From a virus (taxonomy: Duplodnaviria; Caudoviricetes): a stretch of 30,384 bases of DNA. Each line of letters opens with the position of its first letter. Position 1 is the first letter of the stretch. Position numbers and translations under genes: made by a program. Below, one piece after another: positions 16,366 to 25,158 of this stretch. The notes under the pieces were generated by a model, which searched no databases, was not told the DNA's origin, and worked only from the letters and a program-made list of their open reading frames with translations. The DNA lies in the IMG/VR virus record IMGVR_UViG_3300022178_000631, positions 1 to 30,384 of that record. One strand, 5' to 3'.

Positions 16366-17109
16366 ATGAAAAACAAAAAAACACCAAAGGATAAAGTATA
16401 CAGATTATTGGCTGATGCAGCCCCATTATCATTAATGATTTCTACAAGAGGTTCTTCAAGACAACCATTATTATGGTATGACGAAGAAAAGAATGAGAAT
16501 AGACCTTTAAGATATGCTAGAAATCAAAAATCACCATTTGAAGATGAGCAGGATGGAAATGCAATACTAGAGCCTATTATTTTTGAGGATGGTCTTTTGA
16601 TGGTTCAAAAAACTAATCCTGTATTACAAGAATTTTTAGAGTATCATCCTGGAAATGGAGTTACTTATGAAGAAGCTGATGAAGAACAAGATGCTTCAGA
16701 AGTAGTTGAAAGACTTAACGTAGAGGTAGATGCACTTGTAGCTGCTAGACAATTAGATTTAGATCAGATTGAGATAGTAAGCAGAGTATTATTTGGGCAT
16801 AAATCTTCTACAATCACTACACAAGAACTTAAAAGGGATTTATTAATTTATGCAAAACAAGATCCGGAAGGATTTTTAGATATATTAGATGACTCTTCTT
16901 TGAAGTTAAAATCTCAAGCACAATCTTTCTTTGACGGAGGACTACTTACATTCAGAAAAAACAAGACTGAAGTATGGTATAATACAGCTTCAAATAAAAA
17001 GAGAATGCTTACAGTTCCATTTGGAGGTGATGCTATTGATAGCGTAACTTCATATTTACAAACTGACGATGGAATAGAATCTTTAAAGATGTTGGAAAGC
17101 AATCTTTAA
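16366..17109 (+). CDS. Conserved-position phage protein downstream of MCP (function unknown)
   Basis: 247-aa acidic ORF with A-rich leader, flanked by two terminators. Confidence 0.8.
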   Translation: MKNKKTPKDKVYRLLADAAPLSLMISTRGSSRQPLLWYDEEKNENRPLRYARNQKSPFEDEQDGNAILEPIIFEDGLLMVQKTNPVLQEFLEYHPGNGVTYEEADEEQDASEVVERLNVEVDALVAARQLDLDQIEIVSRVLFGHKSSTITTQELKRDLLIYAKQDPEGFLDILDDSSLKLKSQAQSFFDGGLLTFRKNKTEVWYNTASNKKRMLTVPFGGDAIDSVTSYLQTDDGIESLKMLESNL

Positions 17110-17134
17110 TATTAAATAAAAGTTAAAACTAATT

Positions 17135-17168
17135 AGGGTAGTCTGTAAAAGGACTACTCTTTTTTTTT
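17135..17168 (+). terminator. Rho-independent terminator
   Basis: AGGGTAGTCT-GTAAAA-GGACTACTCT stem (two G.U pairs) followed by T8. Confidence 0.85.
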
Positions 17169-17171
17169 GCT

Positions 17172-17179
17172 TATCTTTG
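17172..17179 (+). promoter_or_regulatory. Bacteroidota -7 promoter box (TATCTTTG) for the tail operon
   Basis: Exact consensus immediately after the terminator, 14 nt before ATG 17194. Confidence 0.7.
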
Positions 17180-17193
17180 TAAAAACGTAAAAG

Positions 17194-18138
17194 ATGATAA
17201 ATTCAGTTAGAAACACAGTTTTATCTATACTTAATAAAAATAACTACGGTTATATTTCTCCATCAGACTTCAACTTGTTTTCAAAACAAGCTCAGATGGA
17301 TTTATTTAACGAATATTTTTATCAGTATAATAGACAAATAAATAAAGAAAATGCTCGTTCTTCAGGAACAGGGTATGCAGATATCACAAAAGGGATAGAA
17401 GAGGTTATAGATATGTTTAGTGTAACAAGTTATATGCACTATGGAGCTTCTAATAAATTTCTATTGCCTTCTGCTACAACTACAGGAGATGATTATTATT
17501 TAATAAACAAAGCTCTTGTTTATGAAAAGTTTAGAACCAGTGGTGCTAACACTTCTGTTTCCGGTACTCCTAATGAATTAGTAGACTCTACAGCTACTTT
17601 TACAGCTACTGTAGCTATTGGAGATATTGTAGTTAACACGACTACTTATACCTCAGCAGAGGTAATTTCTATAGTAAGTGACAATGTTTTATCTTTAGAT
17701 GCAGATATATTCACGGCTACTCCTCAAGATTATTCTATATTTTTATCAGTACAGAACGAAGCGGAGAAAGTAAACCATAGTAAAATAACAATGCTTAACA
17801 GCACTTCGTTTACAGCACCTTCTGAGATATTTCCTGTATACACAGAGGAAGGAATACTTATGAGTCTTTTCCCTAAAACAATTATTGAACCTGGAAGAGT
17901 TGTAGCTCAGTATATTAGATATCCAAAAGAACCAAAGTGGACTTACATCCTTTTACCAAATGGAGAACCTGCATTTGATTCAACTAGATCTGATTACCAA
18001 GATTTTGAACTTACATTAGATGATGAAGTTTCATTAGTAACAAGAATACTTCAATACGCAGGAATGTCTATAAGAGAAATTCAAATAGTACAATTCGCTC
18101 AAGCAGAAGAACAACAAGCAAACCAAACTGAAGCATAA
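17194..18138 (+). CDS. Head-tail connector / tail ring structural protein
   Basis: Helical termini (GYISP.DFN...QAQ; Y.RYP..PKW.Y) around a Thr-rich beta insertion; assignment by synteny. Confidence 0.6.
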   Translation: MINSVRNTVLSILNKNNYGYISPSDFNLFSKQAQMDLFNEYFYQYNRQINKENARSSGTGYADITKGIEEVIDMFSVTSYMHYGASNKFLLPSATTTGDDYYLINKALVYEKFRTSGANTSVSGTPNELVDSTATFTATVAIGDIVVNTTTYTSAEVISIVSDNVLSLDADIFTATPQDYSIFLSVQNEAEKVNHSKITMLNSTSFTAPSEIFPVYTEEGILMSLFPKTIIEPGRVVAQYIRYPKEPKWTYILLPNGEPAFDSTRSDYQDFELTLDDEVSLVTRILQYAGMSIREIQIVQFAQAEEQQANQTEA

Positions 18139-19058
18139 TGGCATATATATCACAATATCAATACTACGAGAACGGAGGAGCACTACCAGAAAATGAAAAC
18201 TGGGGCTCTTATCAATACGTTACACTTAAGGACATAGTAAATAACTTTATGGTGATGTATGCTGGAAACCACTCATTAATTAATAACGAAGAGAGGTATA
18301 AGGTTTTATTTCATGCTAAGAGAGGGATACAAGAATTAAACTACGATGCGTTTAAAGAAATTAAAGCGTTAGAGCTTAATGTATCTGACTTACTTAGATT
18401 TGTATTACCACCTGACTATGTAAATTGGGTTAGAGTGTCTTTATATTCAGGAGGAGTATTAAGACCACTTACAGAAAATATTCAAGCGACATCTTCTGAC
18501 GCTTATCTTCAGGATAATAACTACAGAATACTTTTTGATATCAATGGAAATGTTTTAAAACCTCAGTTTTCTTTCTTGGACACGGATAGAATAGCAGGAA
18601 CTAAGAAAAGCATTTACATGGGTGGAGGAGCTTATAACGGAAAATCAGGATACAATATTGATGGTGATTGGTACTTTGATTACTCAATAGGAGCAAGATT
18701 TGGCTTAAATACTGAAACAGCTAATGTAAACCCTACATTTACTATAGATAAAAAATCAGGAGTAATTAACTTTAGCTCTAGTATGGCAGGTGAATTATGT
18801 GTATTAGAATACGTTTCAGATGGAATGGAGAATGGAGATGAATCAAGCATTAGTGTAAACAAGATGTTTGAGGAGTTTATTTACGCTTATATTAGATATT
18901 CTATACTAAATTCCAAGTTAGGAGTTCAAGAGTATGTAGTAAATAGAGCTAAAAAGGACAAATCAGCACTTCTAAGGAACGCAAAAATCAGAATCAGCAA
19001 TATACATCCCGGAAGACTTTTAATGAATATGAGAGGTCAGAATAAGATTATAAAATAA
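18138..19058 (+). CDS. Tail tubular/ring (adaptor) protein
   Basis: AKRGIQEL.YD, LP.DYVNWVR and LEYVSDG motifs; directly before the nozzle gene; TAATG coupling. Confidence 0.65.
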   Translation: MAYISQYQYYENGGALPENENWGSYQYVTLKDIVNNFMVMYAGNHSLINNEERYKVLFHAKRGIQELNYDAFKEIKALELNVSDLLRFVLPPDYVNWVRVSLYSGGVLRPLTENIQATSSDAYLQDNNYRILFDINGNVLKPQFSFLDTDRIAGTKKSIYMGGGAYNGKSGYNIDGDWYFDYSIGARFGLNTETANVNPTFTIDKKSGVINFSSSMAGELCVLEYVSDGMENGDESSISVNKMFEEFIYAYIRYSILNSKLGVQEYVVNRAKKDKSALLRNAKIRISNIHPGRLLMNMRGQNKIIK

Positions 19059-19059
19059 T

Positions 19060-22000
19060 ATGGCGAATATAACTAAAAGCTTTACCAAGGGTAAGATGAA
19101 TAAGTCTACCGATGTACGTCTTATGCAGGACGGTGAATACATTGATGCATTAAACGTAAGGGTTAACTCTACGGAGGGAAATAATGTTGGATCGATAGAG
19201 AACTCATTAGGAAACCTTCCGTTGACAAGCCTTAAGTATATAGATGGTACTCCACTGAGTGCTAACGCTAGATGCATTGGAGCTTTTGAAGACGGAGCAA
19301 ATGAAAGACTGTTTTGGTTTGTTCATGACCCAACATTTACAGTGGGAGCTAGTGGAAAACTTGATTTGATAGTATCATTTGATACTAAGACTTCCTTCTT
19401 AAACTATCACGTTGTAAGTATTTTAAATAACATTGGAGCTGGTATAATTACCACCTTAAACTTCAACCCTGAGTATTTAATAACAGGGGTTTCTTTGGTT
19501 GAAAACCTATTGTTCTTTACAGATGACTACAACGCTCCTAGAAGGATTGACGTAGATAATAGCTATTCGTTTCCTCTTGCAAATGTAGATACATTTAGCG
19601 ATGAGTCTTTACTTGTAATCAAGAAAGCACCGCTTACATCTCCTTCAGTTAGTCTTATTGACATAGGAAATGACATTAATTACATGGAGGATAGGTTTAT
19701 CTGCTTTGGATACCGTTACAGGTACGCAAACAATGAATACTCTGCTACATCTCAATTTTCACAACCTGCGTTTGAGCCTAAAGATTTCTTTTTAAGTGCA
19801 GAGAGTGTACTTAATGAGGGAATGGAGAATAAGTTTAACGCAGCCATCATTACATTTCAAACAGGAGGAGATTTGGTTGTTGGTATAGATTTACTGTTTA
19901 AGGATGCTGACGACTCAGTAATTAGGGTGATAGAGAAGCTGGACAAAGTAGATAATGGATGGGGAGATAACCAATCTAGGACTTATACATTTGACAACAG
20001 TAAGATTTATACAATACTTCCTTCTTCTGAGATATTAAGGCTTTACGATAATGTACCTAGATTTGCTAAGGCTCAGACGGTTATGAGTAATAGACTTGTT
20101 TATGGTAACTACACAGAGGGGTACGACTTGATTGATGTATCCGGAAATAAGCTAAAATTAGAGTACTATACTGAATTAATAACAGGAAGCACTTCTACTG
20201 GCTACACTTTTCCATATACCAAAAGATTTACAAACTATAATATAGACCCAGCCCCGGGGACTGTTGTTTATTATAAAGGAATTGTTGACTTTGATTTAAG
20301 CGTATTAAACCCAAGTGCAGGTGTAAACTATATGGTGGCAGGTAGTTCTATATCGTTTGACATAACTTTCTTACGAGTTTTTAGTTCTGGAACAATTCCT
20401 ATTACTGCATCCAGCTCGTTCAAAGTATCTCTGCTATTTACTCTTCCTAGAAGCTATACATCTGTTTATGATTTAGCTTCAAGTACAGAGTTTTTAGATA
20501 AGGTAGGTACTACATCAAACATACTTCCTGTTTACGACCCTACAAACCCAACTTCTTGTAGTGGAACTACGTTTACAGATATATATAACTGTAACTCTCC
20601 TATTCTAGCTACTCTTACTAAGTATGCAAGTGGTATAACGGCAAACGGTCAGCCTATAGAAGTATTTTCAACGCCTTCTAGTAATTTTATTAGCTTTAAA
20701 TTTCCTGCTATTCAATACGTTGCTGATGCAAACAACCCAACCGGGGCATACGCTTACGAATATTACGGAGTTCATGAAGCAGAAGGAGCTTATTCTACAG
20801 GTGGATTCTCAAAAAGTCTTCATAGCAATAGGGGGTACGAAATAGCAATAGCTTACATGGACGATTTTAATCGTTCAACTACAGCTTTGGTAAGTAACAG
20901 GAATACAGAGCATGTTCCTTGTGAATATTCAGACAGTAAAAATAGCATTAAGGTTACAATACCAAGCATACAAAAGCCACCATATTGGGCGACTAGGTAT
21001 AAGTTTTTAATAAAGCCAGACAAACAAGGGTACGAAACAATTTACGCTCAATTTTATTGGATTCAGGATGGAACTAATAACATATATTTTCTGTTAGAGG
21101 GCGAAAACGCAAGAAAAGTAGAGGAGGGAGACAGGTACACTGTTAAGTCTGACACTAGTGGAGCTATTAACGAGTGCGTAACAGCCACTGTTCTAGAAAA
21201 GAAGGCACAGTCATCAAACTTCATAACAACAACGACAGGGGTTGTACCTCCAGCAGGGGTATATATGAAGATTACTTCGGATGACTTTAGTGCTCAGTTC
21301 GTTCCTTCTGCCGTTCATTCTGTTTCAAACTTTACTAACGCTAATAGACAAAATAATTACTGTTTTACTCAGTTGAGATGTAGTACTTTTAACGGAACTA
21401 CTCATACAGACATAGCTATTCCTATCAACTCTATAATTAAAATAAAGTTTAGGTATAAGAGAAACGGTACGTTTGGAAAGAAAAAATGCGAGGAAAGAAG
21501 CTTTACTTATGATGAAACATTCACTTCTACTGCTGACTACAATAATATGTACGATTGGTTTGTAGGAGATAGTATATCAAGCAGTTTCGTAAGAGGAACA
21601 GGTTTTGCCGGAAATTCTCAATGTATACCTAATAATGTTTTCTATCCAGCAATTCATACAACATCACCTGCTGCTCCTTCTCTTTGTACTAATAATTGGT
21701 ATTTCTACAGAGGTTCAACAGGATATTTAGAGCTGGTAATCACAGGTACTAATGCGTGTTCAACAACTAAGAATGGAGAGGCTAACGGTCAGGCTTCATT
21801 GCAAATATATCTACCTGAGTCTTCTTTAATATTTGAAACACAACCATTGGACGCTTTGCCAGACGTATTTTATGAGTCAAGCGAATCATTTCCAATAACA
21901 AATGGATTCCACCAGGGTAATGTTCAAAATCAAACAAATTTACAGTCAGCGATTATAGACACTGATTTCTATAACTGTTATATGTTTGGAAACGGAGCTG

Positions 22001-23688
22001 AGAGTTATAAGGCTTTAGATTCTATTACAGGAAAGCAGTTTAACTTAGGAAACAGGGTTTTATCTGTCTCTGCAGAGGATTACAAAGAAGCTCACAGGTT
22101 TGCAGACCTTACCTACAGTGGCGTTTATAATGATGAAACTAATGTAAACAAGCTGAACGAGTTTAACCTAGGCCTACTTAACTTTAAACCGTTAGAGGAT
22201 TCTTTTGGAAAAATTCAGATTCTTGACGGAAAACAAACAAACGTACTAGTACTACAGGAGGACAAGATTTCTTATGTACTGGCAGGCAAGAATATTCTTT
22301 CTGATGCAGGCGGTGGAAGTGCTTTAACTTCTATTCCTCAAGTATTAGGTCAGCAAGTAACGAAGACTGAGGAGTATGGTATTAGCCATAACCCTGAGAG
22401 TTATGTTAAGTGGGGATACGATAAATTCTTTACTGACGCAAAGAGAGGAGCTGTGATACAAATGAAGGGTGCAGATGAGGCTGCAGGAGACCAAGTTAAA
22501 GTAATATCCGAGCAGGGTATGCGTTCTTGGTTTAGGGATTTGTTCATCAATGATTTTAACACTCAGAAGCTAGGAGGGTTTGACCCTTACATGAACGAGT
22601 ATGTACTGTCTTCAAACGATGTACTACTTCCTGCTGAGGTTAAGTGTTTAGACTGCGAGGACTACAGAACCTTTAATGTTCAATCAGGAAATGATTACAC
22701 CTACTGCATAAACGTAGGTACTATAATTGGATATACTGACGTGAAATGGAATATTCCTGCTGGAATGGTAGGAACTGTAACCATTAATGTTGTTTACAAC
22801 TCAACAACTTACACATCAGGGCCTGTATCTACATCGGGAAATATAAGTATACCAAAGAGTCTAACTGGAGAAACTAAGTTTGACATAACTGTAATTAGTA
22901 CAGGTGTAGCGACTGGATTAGAGGTTGTTACAGGATGCCCAGACCCTAACAATATTAACGTAAGATGGATTGTTTATTCTCCTAACCCTGGAAGTCCTAT
23001 ATTAACACCAACTAGATTAGGATTTAGCTATGTTGACGGAATAGTTGAGTCACCAGTATCATCAACGGATGTTCCTTTTGTAACCTACGCAGGGAATCCA
23101 ACATTAAGTTTATACGATGAGTTTACAGGGCCTCAAGGAGCTTCTTCAGTACCTACTGACAATTCAGATATTACTTTGTTTGTAGAGAAAAATAGCAATA
23201 GTTCTTTCAGTTTTGACGTAAACACAAACAGGTTTATGTATCTAAGGTCTTCTCAGGTTTATGAGAATAACTCTACAGATATGATGTTACTTCTTGAAAA
23301 TGCTTCGGTAGCCTTAAACCCAGTTGAAACAGATGAATTTGTGTCTGCTACTTTTATGATGCCTGCAGAGGAAAATGTAGGAGAAAATCTTTATTTGATT
23401 TGGGATTTAAGGGACAAGAGTTCACTTCTACTATCTCATTCAACGGTAGATGCTGCTGATGCTTGTTGTGGTTATGATTGTACTGAGCTATGCTCAGAGT
23501 ATGAGATACTAAACAACAGTGGAGGTGTAGTGTTATACGACTACTTAGACTGCACTACAGGGCTAGAGGCTGAGGGTACTATTTCAAATGGAAGAGTTGA
23601 AACTATATGTTCAAGGTCTATTCCTACGACTACAGATATTGTAGAAGGGGTAACAATTACTTACACAAGATGCGGATGCTCATCATAA
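19060..23688 (+). CDS. Tail stabilisation/nozzle protein (P22 gp10/crAss muzzle-like), N-terminal major part with accessory domains
   Basis: F.KGKMNK..D.RL...GEY.DALNV start, NRLVYGNY.EGY, EYGIS.NPES...FFTD.KRG.V and GGFDPY..EYVL motifs; 1542 aa. Confidence 0.75.
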   Translation: MANITKSFTKGKMNKSTDVRLMQDGEYIDALNVRVNSTEGNNVGSIENSLGNLPLTSLKYIDGTPLSANARCIGAFEDGANERLFWFVHDPTFTVGASGKLDLIVSFDTKTSFLNYHVVSILNNIGAGIITTLNFNPEYLITGVSLVENLLFFTDDYNAPRRIDVDNSYSFPLANVDTFSDESLLVIKKAPLTSPSVSLIDIGNDINYMEDRFICFGYRYRYANNEYSATSQFSQPAFEPKDFFLSAESVLNEGMENKFNAAIITFQTGGDLVVGIDLLFKDADDSVIRVIEKLDKVDNGWGDNQSRTYTFDNSKIYTILPSSEILRLYDNVPRFAKAQTVMSNRLVYGNYTEGYDLIDVSGNKLKLEYYTELITGSTSTGYTFPYTKRFTNYNIDPAPGTVVYYKGIVDFDLSVLNPSAGVNYMVAGSSISFDITFLRVFSSGTIPITASSSFKVSLLFTLPRSYTSVYDLASSTEFLDKVGTTSNILPVYDPTNPTSCSGTTFTDIYNCNSPILATLTKYASGITANGQPIEVFSTPSSNFISFKFPAIQYVADANNPTGAYAYEYYGVHEAEGAYSTGGFSKSLHSNRGYEIAIAYMDDFNRSTTALVSNRNTEHVPCEYSDSKNSIKVTIPSIQKPPYWATRYKFLIKPDKQGYETIYAQFYWIQDGTNNIYFLLEGENARKVEEGDRYTVKSDTSGAINECVTATVLEKKAQSSNFITTTTGVVPPAGVYMKITSDDFSAQFVPSAVHSVSNFTNANRQNNYCFTQLRCSTFNGTTHTDIAIPINSIIKIKFRYKRNGTFGKKKCEERSFTYDETFTSTADYNNMYDWFVGDSISSSFVRGTGFAGNSQCIPNNVFYPAIHTTSPAAPSLCTNNWYFYRGSTGYLELVITGTNACSTTKNGEANGQASLQIYLPESSLIFETQPLDALPDVFYESSESFPITNGFHQGNVQNQTNLQSAIIDTDFYNCYMFGNGAESYKALDSITGKQFNLGNRVLSVSAEDYKEAHRFADLTYSGVYNDETNVNKLNEFNLGLLNFKPLEDSFGKIQILDGKQTNVLVLQEDKISYVLAGKNILSDAGGGSALTSIPQVLGQQVTKTEEYGISHNPESYVKWGYDKFFTDAKRGAVIQMKGADEAAGDQVKVISEQGMRSWFRDLFINDFNTQKLGGFDPYMNEYVLSSNDVLLPAEVKCLDCEDYRTFNVQSGNDYTYCINVGTIIGYTDVKWNIPAGMVGTVTINVVYNSTTYTSGPVSTSGNISIPKSLTGETKFDITVISTGVATGLEVVTGCPDPNNINVRWIVYSPNPGSPILTPTRLGFSYVDGIVESPVSSTDVPFVTYAGNPTLSLYDEFTGPQGASSVPTDNSDITLFVEKNSNSSFSFDVNTNRFMYLRSSQVYENNSTDMMLLLENASVALNPVETDEFVSATFMMPAEENVGENLYLIWDLRDKSSLLLSHSTVDAADACCGYDCTELCSEYEILNNSGGVVLYDYLDCTTGLEAEGTISNGRVETICSRSIPTTTDIVEGVTITYTRCGCSS

Positions 23689-23699
23689 AATAAAATAAC

Positions 23700-23879
23700 A
23701 TGCCAACTAACGCAATAAATTACATAGACGCTAAAACCTTCTTACAAGCTACGGCTGTCTTCATAGATTCAGAGTTAACAACACTAGCCTCTGATGGATT
23801 TTACTCGGATAGTAACATCTCAAGGGAGCAATTAAATGGTGTACTACTACCAGCTCAAGAATGTCAAACCTGTCCTTAA
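23700..23879 (+). CDS. 59-aa protein ending in CxxCP (not in ORF track)
   Basis: MPTNAINYIDAKTFLQATAVFIDSELTTLASDGFYSDSNISREQLNGVLLPAQECQTCP*; fills the gap, A-rich leader. Confidence 0.8.
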   Translation: MPTNAINYIDAKTFLQATAVFIDSELTTLASDGFYSDSNISREQLNGVLLPAQECQTCP

Positions 23880-23888
23880 TAAAAATAT

Positions 23889-24722
23889 ATGCCAAATTAC
23901 ACTATAACATACGCTGATAGCGCGCAAGGATTTCCTTCATTTTATTCCTTTTCTCCAGATTGGATGATTGGTATGAATAATTATTTCTATACCTTTAAGG
24001 GAGGAAATCTTTACAGGCATAACGTAAATGCTGTTAGGAATAACTTCTACGGGATACAATACACCACTACAATGAAGAGTGTATTTAATCAGTCTCCTTT
24101 AGAAAATAAGTTATTTAAAACTATAAACTTAGAGGGAGACTCCTCTTGGGGTGTTACTTTATCAACAGATTTACAGAACTCAGGATTTGTTAAAGCACCT
24201 TACTTTGAAAAGAAAGAGTCGTCTTGGTATGCTTTTGTTAGAAATTCAGGAAGTAATCCTGCTACACTAGACCAATATGCACTACGTTCACTAAATGGTA
24301 TAGGAACTTCATCAAATATTGTTTTAACTGCTACTACAGCAACTATAGATTTTTCAATTTCTCCGTTAACGTCAATAGGTAGCATATTAAGTGTTGGAGA
24401 TGCCTTTTACTTTGTAACAGGTGCTTCACCAATAGTTCCAGGAACACCGGAATGGGCAGGTACAGTAACTTCTGTAAATGTAGATTTACCAGCAGGAATT
24501 AATCAAGTTATTGTAGATATAAGCCCTCCGACACCACCACTTCCTCCTCCTACTCCTATACCACCAGGGTCGACAACTGAGTATTTTATGTTTTTAAAAG
24601 ATGCTGTTGCAGAATCTCACGGAGTGTTAGGACACTACTGTATTTTTGACATGACTAATGATGAAACGACTGAAGTAAATTTATTTGCAGTTGAATCAGA
24701 GATAATGAAGAGTTATCCGTAA
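23889..24722 (+). CDS. Tail structural protein, probable C-terminal part of the split nozzle protein
   Basis: TITY.....GFPSFYSF.PD.M....N.FYTFKGG.LY.HN...NFYG...VFN..P...KLFKTI.LEG resembles the segment that follows 'GG.DP...EY.L' in one-piece nozzle proteins. Confidence 0.65.
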   Translation: MPNYTITYADSAQGFPSFYSFSPDWMIGMNNYFYTFKGGNLYRHNVNAVRNNFYGIQYTTTMKSVFNQSPLENKLFKTINLEGDSSWGVTLSTDLQNSGFVKAPYFEKKESSWYAFVRNSGSNPATLDQYALRSLNGIGTSSNIVLTATTATIDFSISPLTSIGSILSVGDAFYFVTGASPIVPGTPEWAGTVTSVNVDLPAGINQVIVDISPPTPPLPPPTPIPPGSTTEYFMFLKDAVAESHGVLGHYCIFDMTNDETTEVNLFAVESEIMKSYP

Positions 24723-24729
24723 ATTTTTG

Positions 24730-24737
24730 TATATTTG
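24730..24737 (+). promoter_or_regulatory. Bacteroidota -7 promoter box (TATATTTG) for the ejection-protein operon
   Basis: Exact consensus followed by CA, only 6 nt before ATG 24744. Confidence 0.7.
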
Positions 24738-24743
24738 CATTAT

Positions 24744-25157
24744 ATGAAATTTGAAATTAGAATATTAGAAGAAAAAGATTACGATGAAATACTTGTAAAA
24801 TGGTGGGAAGACTGGGGATGGCCAGCTCCACCTAGAGATTTTCTTCCTGAGAATGGCACTGGAGGCTTAATGGTTTATGATGGAGATACTCCAGTTTGTG
24901 CAGGATATTTGTACAGCACAAATTCAAAAGTGGCTTGGGTTGATTGGATAATATCAAGTAAAACATATAACAAAAAACCTAACAGGAAAGAAGCTATAAG
25001 TTTTTTAATAGAAGAGCTAACTAGTATTTGTGAAAATAAACTACAAGCAAAATTTGTTTACGCTTTAATAAAGCACAATGGTCTTATTGAGACTTACAAG
25101 AAATTAGGGTATACAGAAGGTGATTCTTATACTAAAGAGATGATTAAAATAATATAA
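24744..25157 (+). CDS. GNAT-fold protein (positional analogue of T7 gp13 / P22 gp14); start re-called to ATG 24744
   Basis: IR.L...DY..I, G.PVCAG.LY, AWVDWIIS and LI..YKKLGY pattern; sits between nozzle and ejection genes. Confidence 0.65.
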   Translation: MKFEIRILEEKDYDEILVKWWEDWGWPAPPRDFLPENGTGGLMVYDGDTPVCAGYLYSTNSKVAWVDWIISSKTYNKKPNRKEAISFLIEELTSICENKLQAKFVYALIKHNGLIETYKKLGYTEGDSYTKEMIKII

Positions 25158-25158
25158 T

